A model generated the notes under the pieces. It was not told the DNA's origin and did not search any database. It worked only from the letters and a program-made list of their open reading frames with translations. DNA of 64,000 bases, taken from contig OZ219747.1 of the NCBI GenBank assembly GCA_964291265.2, positions 384,001 through 448,000 on the forward strand, read 5' to 3'. Shown here piece after piece: positions 31,650 through 41,494 of the stretch; within the stretch, counting starts at the first letter, position 1, and each line of letters begins with the position of its first letter. Made by a program: the position numbers and the translations under genes. This DNA comes from Alphaproteobacteria bacterium (lineage in GTDB: Bacteria; Pseudomonadota; Alphaproteobacteria; SP197).

Positions 31650-32887
31650 GCAGCCAGACGGACATCTCGCCCTTCGCACCGGAACGGTTCCCCGACATGC
31701 ACCGGGTACCGGGCGTGCGCCTCGGGGCCGGTCGCTGCGGTATCAGGCAGACGGACACCAGTCTCGACCTCATGGTGGCCGCGTTCGACCGGCCCGCCGC
31801 CGTGGCCGGCGTCTTCACGAAGTCGAGTACGGCCGGCGCCCCGGTCCAGTGGTGCCGTCGGCATCTCGCCCGCGGCACCGCAAGGGGGCTTGTCGTCAAC
31901 TCCGGCAACGCCAACGTCTTCACAGGAAAGGCCGGACGGGACGCCGTGGAAGCCATGGCCGGGCGGACGGCAGAGCTCGTCGGCGCCGAGCCCCGCGAGA
32001 TCTTCGTTGCCTCCACCGGGGTGATCGGCGAAGCGCTGCCCGTTTCCTCCATCGTCACGGCCCTTCCCGGAATCGCGTCCTCACTGGATGCCGACGCCTG
32101 GCACGACGCCGCCCGGGCCATCATGACCACGGACACGTTTCCCAAGGGCTCCTCGTTCGTCACCTCGATCGCCGGAACGCCGGTGACGATCACGGGATTC
32201 GCCAAGGGTTCCGGCATGATCGCGCCCGACATGGCGACGATGCTGGCCTACGTCTTCACGGATGCGGCGGTGCCGGCCGCCATTCTCCAGCCCTTGCTCG
32301 CCTCGGCGGCCGACCGCTCCTTCAACGCCATCACCGTGGACAGCGACACCTCGACCAGCGACACGCTGCAGCTCTTTGCCACGGGCCGGGCCCGGCACCC
32401 GGCCATCACCGATCGTCGGGACCCGCACCTCAAGGCCTTCCGCGAGGCGCTCGACGCCCTCTGCCTCGACCTGGCGCATCAGGTCGTCAGGGACGGCGAA
32501 GGGGCGCAGAAGTTCGTCGAGATCCGCATCAAGGGCGCCAGGTCTGCGAGGGCGGCGCGAAGAACAGGCCTTGCGATTGCCAATTCGCCGCTGGTCAAGA
32601 CCGCCATTGCCGGAGGTGACGCCAACTGGGGCCGCATCGTGATGGCGGTGGGCAAGTCCGGGGAACCGGTCGCCGAGACCGACCTCGACATTCACGTGGG
32701 AGGCCACGCCGTCGCCCTCGAGGGCGCACCGCCTCCGGGTTACGACGAGACACCCGTCGCCCGGCACATGGCGGGACGGGAGATCCTGATCGAGGTCTCG
32801 GTCGGCACCGGACGCGGCAGGGCAACGGTCTGGACATGCGATTTCACGCGGCGCTACATCGAGATCAACGCCGACTACCGCAGCTGA
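31646..32887 (+). CDS. argJ: Bifunctional glutamate N-acetyltransferase/amino-acid acetyltransferase
   Basis: NSGNANVFTG, IMTTDTFPK, KGSGMIAPDMATML, DSDTSTSD, EINADYRS. Confidence 0.97.
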   Translation: MSSQTDISPFAPERFPDMHRVPGVRLGAGRCGIRQTDTSLDLMVAAFDRPAAVAGVFTKSSTAGAPVQWCRRHLARGTARGLVVNSGNANVFTGKAGRDAVEAMAGRTAELVGAEPREIFVASTGVIGEALPVSSIVTALPGIASSLDADAWHDAARAIMTTDTFPKGSSFVTSIAGTPVTITGFAKGSGMIAPDMATMLAYVFTDAAVPAAILQPLLASAADRSFNAITVDSDTSTSDTLQLFATGRARHPAITDRRDPHLKAFREALDALCLDLAHQVVRDGEGAQKFVEIRIKGARSARAARRTGLAIANSPLVKTAIAGGDANWGRIVMAVGKSGEPVAETDLDIHVGGHAVALEGAPPPGYDETPVARHMAGREILIEVSVGTGRGRATVWTCDFTRRYIEINADYRS

Positions 32888-33232
32888 AGCACGACACTTT
32901 CCCCGAATGCCGGGGGCTCTTCCGGAGCTCACGGCACGGCGAGAAGCGATGCCGACTCCAGTCCGACCTGACCGTCGATTCGTCACCGCGTCTTCGCCCG
33001 GAGGCGTCCGCATCCAGTCGGGTAGACCACTGGCACGCGCATCCTCAAGGCAGAGGCCTTGTCCGTCACCGCTCTTTCGATTGCGGGCGAGGGGGAGCCC
33101 CCGGTTAAGGTTGAGCCCGACGAGGCAAGGCGGGCGTGTCGGGCCGCGCCGCTTCGGCGGCGTGGTTCCGATAATCGGCCCCTCTTTCCGCTGCCGCTTG
33201 CCTTAGCGCGCGACAGTCGCCAAACTCCGTCC

Positions 33233-33469
33233 ATGGTTGCTGCCTTCGATACCATTGCTGCCGTTCACCGGCTGGAAGACGCCGGTTTTTCGCGCGAGGC
33301 GGCCGAAGCGGTCACGGCGAGCGACCTCGAGGCGTCCGGGGCAGGCCGCGACGGGCTGGCGACCAAGGCGGACCTTGCGGCGCTGGAGGCCCGCATCACC
33401 TGGCGCATTGTCGGCATTGTAATCGCCGCAAACGCACTGCTGCTCGCTGCCTTCAAACTGATTCCGTAA
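33233..33469 (+). CDS. Small CCDC90/DUF1640-like coiled-coil membrane-anchored protein
   Basis: FDT....RLEDAGFSREAAEA head, LATKADL neck, C-terminal TM helix. Confidence 0.75.
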   Translation: MVAAFDTIAAVHRLEDAGFSREAAEAVTASDLEASGAGRDGLATKADLAALEARITWRIVGIVIAANALLLAAFKLIP

Positions 33470-33674
33470 CACCCCGCCCTCCGCCGACCGTCCCGCTGAG
33501 GCAAAACCCCGGCCCCGGCGCTCGTTGACGCTCGGACGGGGTTGCCGTCATGCTTGCCTCCGGGACGCCGGCATGCGACATGCCGGCGACGGCTGAACGG
33601 CTGCGCCCGGTTCGGCGCTTACGGAAGCCAGGGCCCAAGCGTGTCCGGTCGATCTCGAAGCCAGGACAATTTCG

Positions 33675-34139
33675 ATGATCTGGACATCGATCAAATGGAT
33701 CGCAGGACTCGGCGTTGTCGCCGTCATGGCCTTGATCCTCCTCGGCAAGAAGACATTTCACGCGGAGGCGACCATTCCGGCTCCGCCTTCCGCCGTGTGG
33801 GAGGTATTGATGGACACGGCCAGGTACCCGGAATGGAATCCCGTCTTTGTGAGCGTCAGCGGCCCCTATGAACAGGACGGCGAAATTCTGAAGATGACGG
33901 CAACGGTCGCCGAACTCGTCCCCGAGAGGAAACTGCGCCAGAAGGGCGGCGTGACCGGCTTCATCACGTTCGACCATCAATGGCTTCTCGAACCCGTTGA
34001 CGGTGGAACCAGGGTCATCCAGCACGAGGTGGATCGCGGCCTTTACCTGTGGTTCTGGGATTCGAGCTGGATCGAGCCCGCCTACGGCAGAACGAACGAA
34101 GCGCTCAAGGCCCGCGTCATGTCGCTCGGCGGCCGATAA
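33675..34139 (+). CDS. SRPBCC/polyketide cyclase family protein with N-terminal TM anchor
   Basis: IPAPPSAVWEVLMD..YPEWNP, GGTRVIQHE, NEALKAR. Confidence 0.82.
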   Translation: MIWTSIKWIAGLGVVAVMALILLGKKTFHAEATIPAPPSAVWEVLMDTARYPEWNPVFVSVSGPYEQDGEILKMTATVAELVPERKLRQKGGVTGFITFDHQWLLEPVDGGTRVIQHEVDRGLYLWFWDSSWIEPAYGRTNEALKARVMSLGGR

Positions 34140-34224
34140 TGGCCTGTGCCTCGTCGGCAGGGAGATCGAGGCCATGGTCCTCGCGCTCAAGCGCCATGGT
34201 CGCCCAATCCGTCAGGCGGATCAT

Positions 34225-34266
34225 GTCCGGGCCTTTCGCGCTGCATCCAGCGAGAAAGGCCCGGAC
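34225..34266. repeat. Strong intergenic hairpin
   Basis: GTCCGGGCCTTTC ... GAAAGGCCCGGAC (13-bp perfect arms) plus an inner CGCTG/CAGCG stem. Confidence 0.7.
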
Positions 34267-34399
34267 GCAGCTGCCTACGGCAGTCGAAGCAGTTGGGGAG
34301 CACGTGGCAGAAGCCCCATGGAAGCCAGCAGGCGCCCGTCGACCACCGGGGACCTGATGACACCCGACCGCTGGTCCTCGTTGAAGGTGCTGTGCGACA

Positions 34400-34810
34400 C
34401 GCTCAGCACACGGGCGCGCCGCGCGGTGCGCCGAAGGCCGTCTCGCTCCTGGCCCCCGGGAGCTTCACCGCACGGTAGACGGTGGGCCGCGAGACATCGA
34501 AGCCCTGGCCGGATCGACACGGCGGACGCCGGCGACCGCGTAGAACCTGGCGATGCACAGGGCCTGTCGACGGGCGGCAGACAGTCGAAGGGCTCAAGAT
34601 CGGAGAAGTGTACCATGCCTGATCGCCGATGACGGCCCACGAGAAGAACGAGGGTGTGGCATCGGCTCCCAGGAGCCGCAGGCAGGGTGTCACGACAGAC
34701 CAGAGATTGAACATTCGATATTGGACACACGTACCGCCACACATCAAGCGGAAACTGCGCCGAAACCGCCGGAAACACGGGAAAACAGTGGATCTCCCGA
34801 CGTCTGCGAC
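34400..34810 (-). pseudogene. Degenerate 5' end of an element related to the IS at 55295-57742
   Basis: VHFSDLEPFDC..DRP and GFDVSRPTVYRAVKL match VYFSNMEPFDC..DRP and AFDVSRATVQRA-MRKL; the upstream CAGTTT..GCTTGA..TCCAATAT pattern is shared too. Confidence 0.7.
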
Positions 34811-34913
34811 ATGCCTCCTCGGAAGATCAGGTCAGAGTGCCCGAGACTCCGAACCGCGACCATCGGAACCTCTCCATCCACTCTCGTGGCAAGGCCCGTT
34901 GTCTGTCCAGACG

Positions 34914-36077
34914 TCACGGTTCCGCGACGAGCGATGCCAGTTCTGCCAGACCGATCACTTCGACGCCGTCGCCCTTGGGGTATCGTTCGATGCCCGGGTA
35001 CACGACGAAGGAGCGGTCCGGCTGGAGGTCTTCGCGCGCGTGATGAAATCCCCTGTCCAGCCGGGGGGCGAGGCTGCGCTTGATCTCGATAGCCCACAAT
35101 GCTCCGCCCGGCATCTGGAGCACCAGATCGATTTCGGCGCCGCCTGTCGTTCGGTATAGGAAAGACTGAACGCGCCCTGGAGCGACGCCGAGGAGGTTTT
35201 CCAGCACGAACCCTTCCCAACTTCCGCCGGCGGCCGGGTGACCGAGCACTGCATCCCTGTCATCGAGCCCCAGCAGGGTGTGAACGAGGCCGCTGTCGCG
35301 CACGTAGACCTTCGGGGATTTCACCAGGCGCTTGGAGACATTGACATGGAATGGTGGCAGGCGGCGCACCAGCAGGAGGTCGACAAGCAGGTCGAGATAG
35401 CGGGCGACCGTCTTGCCATCGACGGCCAGACTTCGGGCGATCTGAGCCGCGTTGAGGATACTGCCCTGCAGGTGGGCCAGCATGGTCCAGAAACGGCGCA
35501 ACGTTTCCGCCGGTATGCGCGGTCCCAGTTGAGGAACATCGCGTTCCAGGTATGTACGGACAAAGGCCTCGCGCCAGACTGCGCTCGCCTCATCGCTCGC
35601 CGCGAGAAAACTGTCCGGGAATCCCCCCCGGACCCAGAGCCTCTCGTCCGGGTCATTCCCGACTTCGAGAACGTTGAAAGGACCCAGCTCGACATAGGCA
35701 ATCCGGCCGGCAAGGGATTCTCCCGACTGTCTGAGCAGATCGATCGAAGCTGAGCCGAGGAGCAGGAACCGGCCGGCGCGGAGACCCTGGCGGCGTCCCT
35801 TGTCTATGAGAACGCGAAGGGTCTGGAACAGCTCCGGCGCCCGCTGCACCTCGTCAATGATGATGAGGCCCTCTACGTGTCCGGAAAGGTAATGTGCGGC
35901 ATCGGTCAACTTCTCGCGGTCGGATGCGTCCTCGAGGTCGAGATAGAGGCCGGCCCGCTCTTGCGAGATGAGTCCGGCCAATGTGGTCTTGCCTGCCTGA
36001 CGCGGACCCAGGACAGCCACGGCGGGGAATTGATCCAGCCGGGCACGAACGACCTGTAGCGCTTGACGACTTATCAT
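34914..36077 (-). CDS. ATP-binding protein, AAA_14 + DUF4143
   Basis: GPRQAGKTT, IIDEVQR, LLGSAS, ESLAGR, RGGFP, KRLVKSPKVY, EIDL..IEIK. Confidence 0.93.
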   Translation of the reverse strand: MISRQALQVVRARLDQFPAVAVLGPRQAGKTTLAGLISQERAGLYLDLEDASDREKLTDAAHYLSGHVEGLIIIDEVQRAPELFQTLRVLIDKGRRQGLRAGRFLLLGSASIDLLRQSGESLAGRIAYVELGPFNVLEVGNDPDERLWVRGGFPDSFLAASDEASAVWREAFVRTYLERDVPQLGPRIPAETLRRFWTMLAHLQGSILNAAQIARSLAVDGKTVARYLDLLVDLLLVRRLPPFHVNVSKRLVKSPKVYVRDSGLVHTLLGLDDRDAVLGHPAAGGSWEGFVLENLLGVAPGRVQSFLYRTTGGAEIDLVLQMPGGALWAIEIKRSLAPRLDRGFHHAREDLQPDRSFVVYPGIERYPKGDGVEVIGLAELASLVAEP

Positions 36078-36119
36078 CCTTGCATTTGTGGCGCATCACA
36101 CCACAAATGCAAGGATGAT
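36073..36119. promoter_or_regulatory. Perfect 19-bp inverted repeat overlapping the ATPase start codon
   Basis: ATCATCCTTGCATTTGTGG-N9-CCACAAATGCAAGGATGAT. Confidence 0.75.
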
Positions 36120-36271
36120 TTCCGGATGGATTGTCTGACCGCGCGGGCCCGACAGCATCGACAGAGGCCGTGTGCACGGGCATCCACTCGAGACAGGGGC
36201 ATGTCGTCGCACCTTGTGTCACTTCCGCCCCGGTGCCAGCATGACGAGAGCTTGACGTTCGGGAGACCGGC

Positions 36272-38158
36272 ATGGAATGGGTTCACGACCGGAAGGTGCT
36301 GCCTCTGCCCGGGGCGACATTCGGCAGGCTGATCGAGGTCGATGACGCCGAGACATTCACGAGCAAGGTCGAAGAAGCACCCGACGTTCTCCCGTCCCTG
36401 CTCTGCGAGGCAGGCGGACTCCTCGTCCTGAAGGGCATGGGAGCGATTTCGGGACACCCTGAACTCCTGGTCAGGCTCAGCCATCCCTTCGGCACGGAGG
36501 TGGAGGACTACGCCCTCACCTCGAACCGCCGCAACCTCCTTCATCCGGCCTCGACCCGGATCATCCGGATCTCCAACCGGCCACCGATGAATTTCGAGCC
36601 GCCGGAACCCCCGGATCCGCCGCGCACCGCCGACGGCGGGCTCCCGATCCGGTTTCCTCACCGGCGCGGCTGGCACACTGATCAGAGTTTCCGCCGCCCG
36701 CCGCCCGACATCTCGCTCTTCTACGCCCACGAACCGGCGCCTCGTGACCAGGGCCAGACGCTCTATGCCGATGGAACGGGCGCCTGGGAACGCCTTGACG
36801 ACGAGCTCGCCGCCATCGCCGAAGGCCTTGTCGGTATCCATGTCGCGCCCTTCAAGGGACATGGCGAGGACGATGTCCGGGAAGGGCGTGAGCCCCATGC
36901 CCTGAACGAACGCGACGGTCCCCAGCCCCAACCGGTGGTGCGCGTCCACCCGGTCAGCGGACGCAAGGCACTCTACCTGTGCGAACGCGAGCAGATGGAC
37001 TGGATCCACGGTCCCTTTGCCGGAATGGAGCCGGGCGTGCATGGCGAGGCGGCACAGCTCCTCTACCGCCTGATGCACCATTTCACGCAGCCCGCCCTTA
37101 CCTATGCCCATCACTGGGACCAGGGGGATCTCGTGATCTACGACAACAGGTGCACGATCCATTCGGCCACCTGGTTCGATGCCGCGAAGCACAACCGTGA
37201 CATGTGGCGCACCACCGTGTGGGGCAATCCAGGACCGTTCTACGACGGCGAGGCGAGGAGCTGGGAGGCGACGCCGCTAGAGGCTGATCGTCAGGCCGCC
37301 ATCGACCGTGAGGACATGGCCGTTGACATAGGCCGCCGCATCGGAGGCAAGGTAGAGCGCCGCCCAGCCGATGTCCGAGGGCTCTCCCCAGCGCCCCGCA
37401 GGAGTCCTGGTCCTGACAGACTCGAAAAATGCCGGATCGTCCTGAAGGGGCTTCGTCAGCTCCGTGACGACATAGCCGGGAGCGATGGCATTGACGGTGA
37501 TTCCGTGCGCCCCGAGTTCCGTCGCCATGACGCGAACGAGGGCGTTCATGCCCCCCTTGGCCGCTCCGTAGGCCGGCACATGCTCGCGTCCGAGGGAGGC
37601 GATGATCGACGAGATGAAGATGATGCGGCCGCGGGCCTGCTCCACCATGCGGCGCGCCACGGCCTGCGAGAGGCGAAATCCGGCCGAGAGATGCACGTCG
37701 AGCGTGCGCTGCCAGTCTTCGAACCCATGTTCGAGAAACGGCACGCGCATGCCATGGCCGGCGTTGTGGACGAGGATGTCGATCGTTCCCTGCCGGTCGC
37801 GAAACTCCTCGATCTTCCCGAGGGCGGTGTCGATGTCGCTGACGTCGAAGACAAGGTCATGCGCCTCGACGCCGGACTCGCCCAGTTCGCGGCACGCCCC
37901 GATCGTTGTCAGTGGATCACGGCCGTTGATGCCGACGACCGCTCCCGCTTCGCCCAGGGTCCTGGCTATGGCAAGCCCGAGACCACGCGTCGACCCGGTG
38001 ACGACGGCGCTCCGTCCGGCAAGGGAGAAGGGATGGGTCATGGCCGGTGCTTCCCGATGCAGGGGGCCGGAAGGGTATCGTCCTGTTGCGGGACCACAAT
38101 CGGCCTGTGTGGAACGATGAGGGCATCGGCAACGGTACACCCCTCGCCTTCGCCGTGA
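36272..38158 (+). CDS. TauD/TfdA Fe(II)/2-oxoglutarate dioxygenase (domain ends about 37276; the frame reads through antisense to the next genes)
   Basis: WHTDQSF, TLYAD, PVVRVHPVSGRKALY, WDQGDLVIYDNRCTIHSA, RDMWRTT. Confidence 0.85.
   Translation: MEWVHDRKVLPLPGATFGRLIEVDDAETFTSKVEEAPDVLPSLLCEAGGLLVLKGMGAISGHPELLVRLSHPFGTEVEDYALTSNRRNLLHPASTRIIRISNRPPMNFEPPEPPDPPRTADGGLPIRFPHRRGWHTDQSFRRPPPDISLFYAHEPAPRDQGQTLYADGTGAWERLDDELAAIAEGLVGIHVAPFKGHGEDDVREGREPHALNERDGPQPQPVVRVHPVSGRKALYLCEREQMDWIHGPFAGMEPGVHGEAAQLLYRLMHHFTQPALTYAHHWDQGDLVIYDNRCTIHSATWFDAAKHNRDMWRTTVWGNPGPFYDGEARSWEATPLEADRQAAIDREDMAVDIGRRIGGKVERRPADVRGLSPAPRRSPGPDRLEKCRIVLKGLRQLRDDIAGSDGIDGDSVRPEFRRHDANEGVHAPLGRSVGRHMLASEGGDDRRDEDDAAAGLLHHAARHGLREAKSGREMHVERALPVFEPMFEKRHAHAMAGVVDEDVDRSLPVAKLLDLPEGGVDVADVEDKVMRLDAGLAQFAARPDRCQWITAVDADDRSRFAQGPGYGKPETTRRPGDDGAPSGKGEGMGHGRCFPMQGAGRVSSCCGTTIGLCGTMRASATVHPSPSP
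37277..38041 (-). CDS. SDR oxidoreductase, gluconate 5-dehydrogenase-like
   Basis: FSLAGRSAVVTGSTRGLG, YGAAKGG, NAIAPGY, RTPAGRWG. Confidence 0.9.
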   Translation of the reverse strand: MTHPFSLAGRSAVVTGSTRGLGLAIARTLGEAGAVVGINGRDPLTTIGACRELGESGVEAHDLVFDVSDIDTALGKIEEFRDRQGTIDILVHNAGHGMRVPFLEHGFEDWQRTLDVHLSAGFRLSQAVARRMVEQARGRIIFISSIIASLGREHVPAYGAAKGGMNALVRVMATELGAHGITVNAIAPGYVVTELTKPLQDDPAFFESVRTRTPAGRWGEPSDIGWAALYLASDAAAYVNGHVLTVDGGLTISL

Positions 38159-40194
38159 ACGATGAGGGGATTGATGTCGACTCCTTCAAGCCATGGCTCG
38201 CGAGCCGCGGCAAACTCGGACAGGACCATCAAGGCAGCGATGAGGGCGGACCGGTCCGCCCGTGGCGCACCGCGCCATCCCGCGAGCATCTCATCGAGAC
38301 GGCGACCGCCGACGAGTGCCGCCACTTCGTCATCGGCTGCCGGTACGCACGCTGTGGCGACCTCATTCACGAGTTCGGCCAGAACGCCGCCAGGCCCGAC
38401 GGCCATCACGAGGCCGAACGAGGGGTCACGGGCGATGCCGGCGATGACCTCGACTCCCGGCGCTGCCATCTCCTGAACCACGATTTCCGCTTCCGGCAAG
38501 CCGGCAAGCCGTTGCTCCAGATCTGCGAAGGCTTCCTTCACGGCATCATCACCGGCAAGGGAGAGTTTCACAAGGTCATGCTCGCTGCGGTGCGGCAGGT
38601 GGTCGCCCACCGCCTTCATCGCAACGAAGCCACCGAGGTCCCGGGACGCCGCAACGGCATCATCCGAAGTGGCGACACGGATGCTGCGGGTCACCCTCAT
38701 CCCGGCATCGGCGAGAAGGCGCTTCGCATCGAGTTCGTGAAGAGTGGGCCTCGAAACCCAGTCCGGCGGCTGTCCGACGAGAGCCACGTCTGCGGGGCAT
38801 CGTCGAACCGATCCGTTCCAGGCGGCATGGCGAGTGATGGCGCCGAGGCCCTGGGACATGCCGCTGATGGTCGTGATGCCCTCGACGAGCAGTTTTCTGA
38901 CCTGGCTCGTGCGCATGATCCCGTGCCTCGCCGACATGAGGTAGAATGGCAGGGTAGCGTGCCGATGGGCATTGATGATGGCCGGGGTGATGGCCTCGTC
39001 CTGTCCCTCGTACTCCACGGCCTGGCCGTCGTTGCTGTCGAGCAGCACCACCACCGCATCATAGGCGCCGGACACCGAGGTTTCCCGCATCGCCACCTCG
39101 AAGTTGCCGGCAAAGTCGCCCTGCCCCCAGACATCGACCGGATTGCCGTCTCCGGTGATTGACCCGATCTTGGCTTCGACCGCCTGCCGTGCGGCAGGCG
39201 GCAGGGGTGGAAGGTTCAGCTCCCCGCCCTCGGCCAGATCGAGTGCAAGGCCGGCATGACCGCCCGAGCCCGTGATCACGGCGAGCCGGTCGCCGGCAGG
39301 CCGGCGTTCCGACTGGGTGACCGCCATCACTTCCACCATCTCCTCGAGATCGTGCACCTCGATGGCGCGGTGTGCCCTGAGCACCGCGGAGAGAACCCGC
39401 GATTCACCGGCGAGGCCGCCGGTGTGGGTCTCGATGGCCGCCGCCGCCCGGGTCGACCTGCCGGTCTTGAGCACGATGACCGGCTTGCCGGCATCATGGG
39501 CGCGATCGAGCGCGGCAACAAACCTCTCCGGTTCGCGCACGGTTTCGGCGAAAAGTGCAATGACCCCGGTCTCCGGATCGTCGACGAGGTACTCGATGTA
39601 GCGCGCGGCCGTCATGGCTGCCTCGTTGCCGCTCGAAATGACGTGGCTGAACCCGAAACGCCGGGTGTCCGACAGGAAACCGATGGCGATCGAGCCGCTC
39701 TGCGAAACGACACCGACGTTGCCGGCAAGACGGGGGGGATCCACCACGTCCATCATGAAGAGCGAGCACCTGTTGTGGAGGCTCATGGTCCCCATGCAGT
39801 TGGGTCCGCACAGGGCGACACCGGCCTCCCGGCACATGGCAACGAGCGCCTGCTGGTCGTCTCCGCCCTCCCCGCCGGCTTCGGCGAAGGCGCCGGAATA
39901 GACCACGACCGCCCCGGCGCCGCAAGCCACCGCCTTTTCGGCCTCGCCCATCACCCGGTCCCGGGAAAGGCAGATGGCAACCGCGTCGATCCTGCCCTCG
40001 ATCTCCCGGATGTCGGCGTGGCAAACATGGTCCAGGACCGTCTCGTTGCGTGGATGGACGGGGAGAATCCTTCCCCCGTAGCCCAGGACATCGAGCGAAC
40101 GGATGATGGTGCGCCCCAGCGATGGGCGCTCCGAGGCTCCGACAACGGCAATCGAAGACGGCGCCAACAGGCGATCCAGGGCCATCTCGCTCAT
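38038..40194 (-). CDS. Acyl-CoA synthetase (NDP-forming; acetate--CoA ligase family)
   Basis: SIAVVGAS, GPNCMG, SQSG, SSGNEA, THTGGLAG, C-terminal ATP-grasp (DINPL). Confidence 0.9.
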   Translation of the reverse strand: MSEMALDRLLAPSSIAVVGASERPSLGRTIIRSLDVLGYGGRILPVHPRNETVLDHVCHADIREIEGRIDAVAICLSRDRVMGEAEKAVACGAGAVVVYSGAFAEAGGEGGDDQQALVAMCREAGVALCGPNCMGTMSLHNRCSLFMMDVVDPPRLAGNVGVVSQSGSIAIGFLSDTRRFGFSHVISSGNEAAMTAARYIEYLVDDPETGVIALFAETVREPERFVAALDRAHDAGKPVIVLKTGRSTRAAAAIETHTGGLAGESRVLSAVLRAHRAIEVHDLEEMVEVMAVTQSERRPAGDRLAVITGSGGHAGLALDLAEGGELNLPPLPPAARQAVEAKIGSITGDGNPVDVWGQGDFAGNFEVAMRETSVSGAYDAVVVLLDSNDGQAVEYEGQDEAITPAIINAHRHATLPFYLMSARHGIMRTSQVRKLLVEGITTISGMSQGLGAITRHAAWNGSVRRCPADVALVGQPPDWVSRPTLHELDAKRLLADAGMRVTRSIRVATSDDAVAASRDLGGFVAMKAVGDHLPHRSEHDLVKLSLAGDDAVKEAFADLEQRLAGLPEAEIVVQEMAAPGVEVIAGIARDPSFGLVMAVGPGGVLAELVNEVATACVPAADDEVAALVGGRRLDEMLAGWRGAPRADRSALIAALMVLSEFAAAREPWLEGVDINPLIVHGEGEGCTVADALIVPHRPIVVPQQDDTLPAPCIGKHRP

Positions 40195-40318
40195 CCCCGA
40201 CGACTCTCCCGGCAATCCGAGGACCGTCGTTAATCCCCCGCGTCGCCGGGGTCAACGCCCGCTTGCAGACGCATTCGCCGGCCTCTAACGTGTGTGCCTT
40301 CCAACTGACGGGGGCGGC

Positions 40319-41494
40319 GTGAGCGAGTGCATCGAGCGATTTCGCGAGGAGGTGCGTGCGTTCATCCGCGAGGCGCTCCCCGATGACCTCAGGCGCAAGG
40401 TGAAACGCGAACACGCCGGTCTCACGCCCGCCGACACCAGCCGCTGGATGAGAATCCTCCACGACCGCGGCTGGAGCTGTCCCTCCTGGCCTGTCGAACA
40501 CGGCGGCCCCGGCTGGTCCCTCGAACAGCGGTATGTCTTCGAGAGGGAACTGGCTCTCAATGACGCGCCGCCCGTCAGCGTCCTTTCCGCCGGCATGGTG
40601 GGACCGGCGCTGATCGAGTTCGGCACGAGCGCCCAGAAGGAACGGTTTCTGCCCGGTCTCGCCAACGGCGACATCATTCTCTGCCAGGGGTATTCCGAAC
40701 CGGATGCGGGGTCGGACCTGGCATCATTGAAGTGCCGGGCAGACCGTGACGGCGATGACTATGTCATCAACGGATCCAAGATATGGACCAGCGACGCCAC
40801 CTGGGCCAACTGGATGTTCGGCCTTTTCAGAACGGACTCGTCCGGACGCAAGCAGCATGGCATCACGCTGCTCCTGGTCGACATGGCCGCACCGGGGATC
40901 TCCGTGCGACCGATCCCCACGTTCGATGGCGGCGAGGAACTCAACCAGGTTTTCTTCGAGAATGTCCGGGTTCAAGGCGCCAACCGCCTCGGGCCGGAAC
41001 ATGAAGGATGGTCGATCGGCAAGTACATTCTCAGCCTCGAACGGTTCGGGTCAGCCGAGGTCAGCCGGACCAAGGCCATGCTGAGCCGCCTCGGGAAAGT
41101 CGCTGCCCGCGAACCCCTGCGCGACGGTTACCTGATCGATGATGCCGACTTTTCCCGGAAGCTGGTGCGGACAGGGATCGCCTTGCGCCAGGTCGAACTG
41201 ACGGAGCGGCGCTTCCTCTTCGGTGAGGATGCCCCGGGCGCCGAGGCGTCTCTGCTCAAGATCAAGGGCACCGAGGTCCAGCAGCAGGTCATCTCTCTCA
41301 TGGTCGAGGCTCTGGGGCCCTATGGCCAGCTGGATCCAGACGACATGTCCGCACGCGACAACGCACCGTTGCCCGACGCGGCGCATCATGCCGCGAAGAC
41401 ATGCTTCAACCTGCGCAAGTCGACGATCTGGGGCGGGTCGAGCGAGGTCCTCAAGAACATCATCGCAAGGAGCGTGCTGGGGCTGCGGGCATGA
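40319..41494 (+). CDS. Acyl-CoA dehydrogenase (PimC-like large subunit)
   Basis: CQGYSEPDAGSDLASL, NGSKIWTS, NQVFFENV, TIWGGSSEV. Confidence 0.9.
   Translation: MSECIERFREEVRAFIREALPDDLRRKVKREHAGLTPADTSRWMRILHDRGWSCPSWPVEHGGPGWSLEQRYVFERELALNDAPPVSVLSAGMVGPALIEFGTSAQKERFLPGLANGDIILCQGYSEPDAGSDLASLKCRADRDGDDYVINGSKIWTSDATWANWMFGLFRTDSSGRKQHGITLLLVDMAAPGISVRPIPTFDGGEELNQVFFENVRVQGANRLGPEHEGWSIGKYILSLERFGSAEVSRTKAMLSRLGKVAAREPLRDGYLIDDADFSRKLVRTGIALRQVELTERRFLFGEDAPGAEASLLKIKGTEVQQQVISLMVEALGPYGQLDPDDMSARDNAPLPDAAHHAAKTCFNLRKSTIWGGSSEVLKNIIARSVLGLRA

Noticed and set aside
32890-33230. GC-rich intergenic region after argJ as a possible ncRNA or riboswitch
   Set aside because: No recognisable conserved motif; the stems are expected at this GC content.
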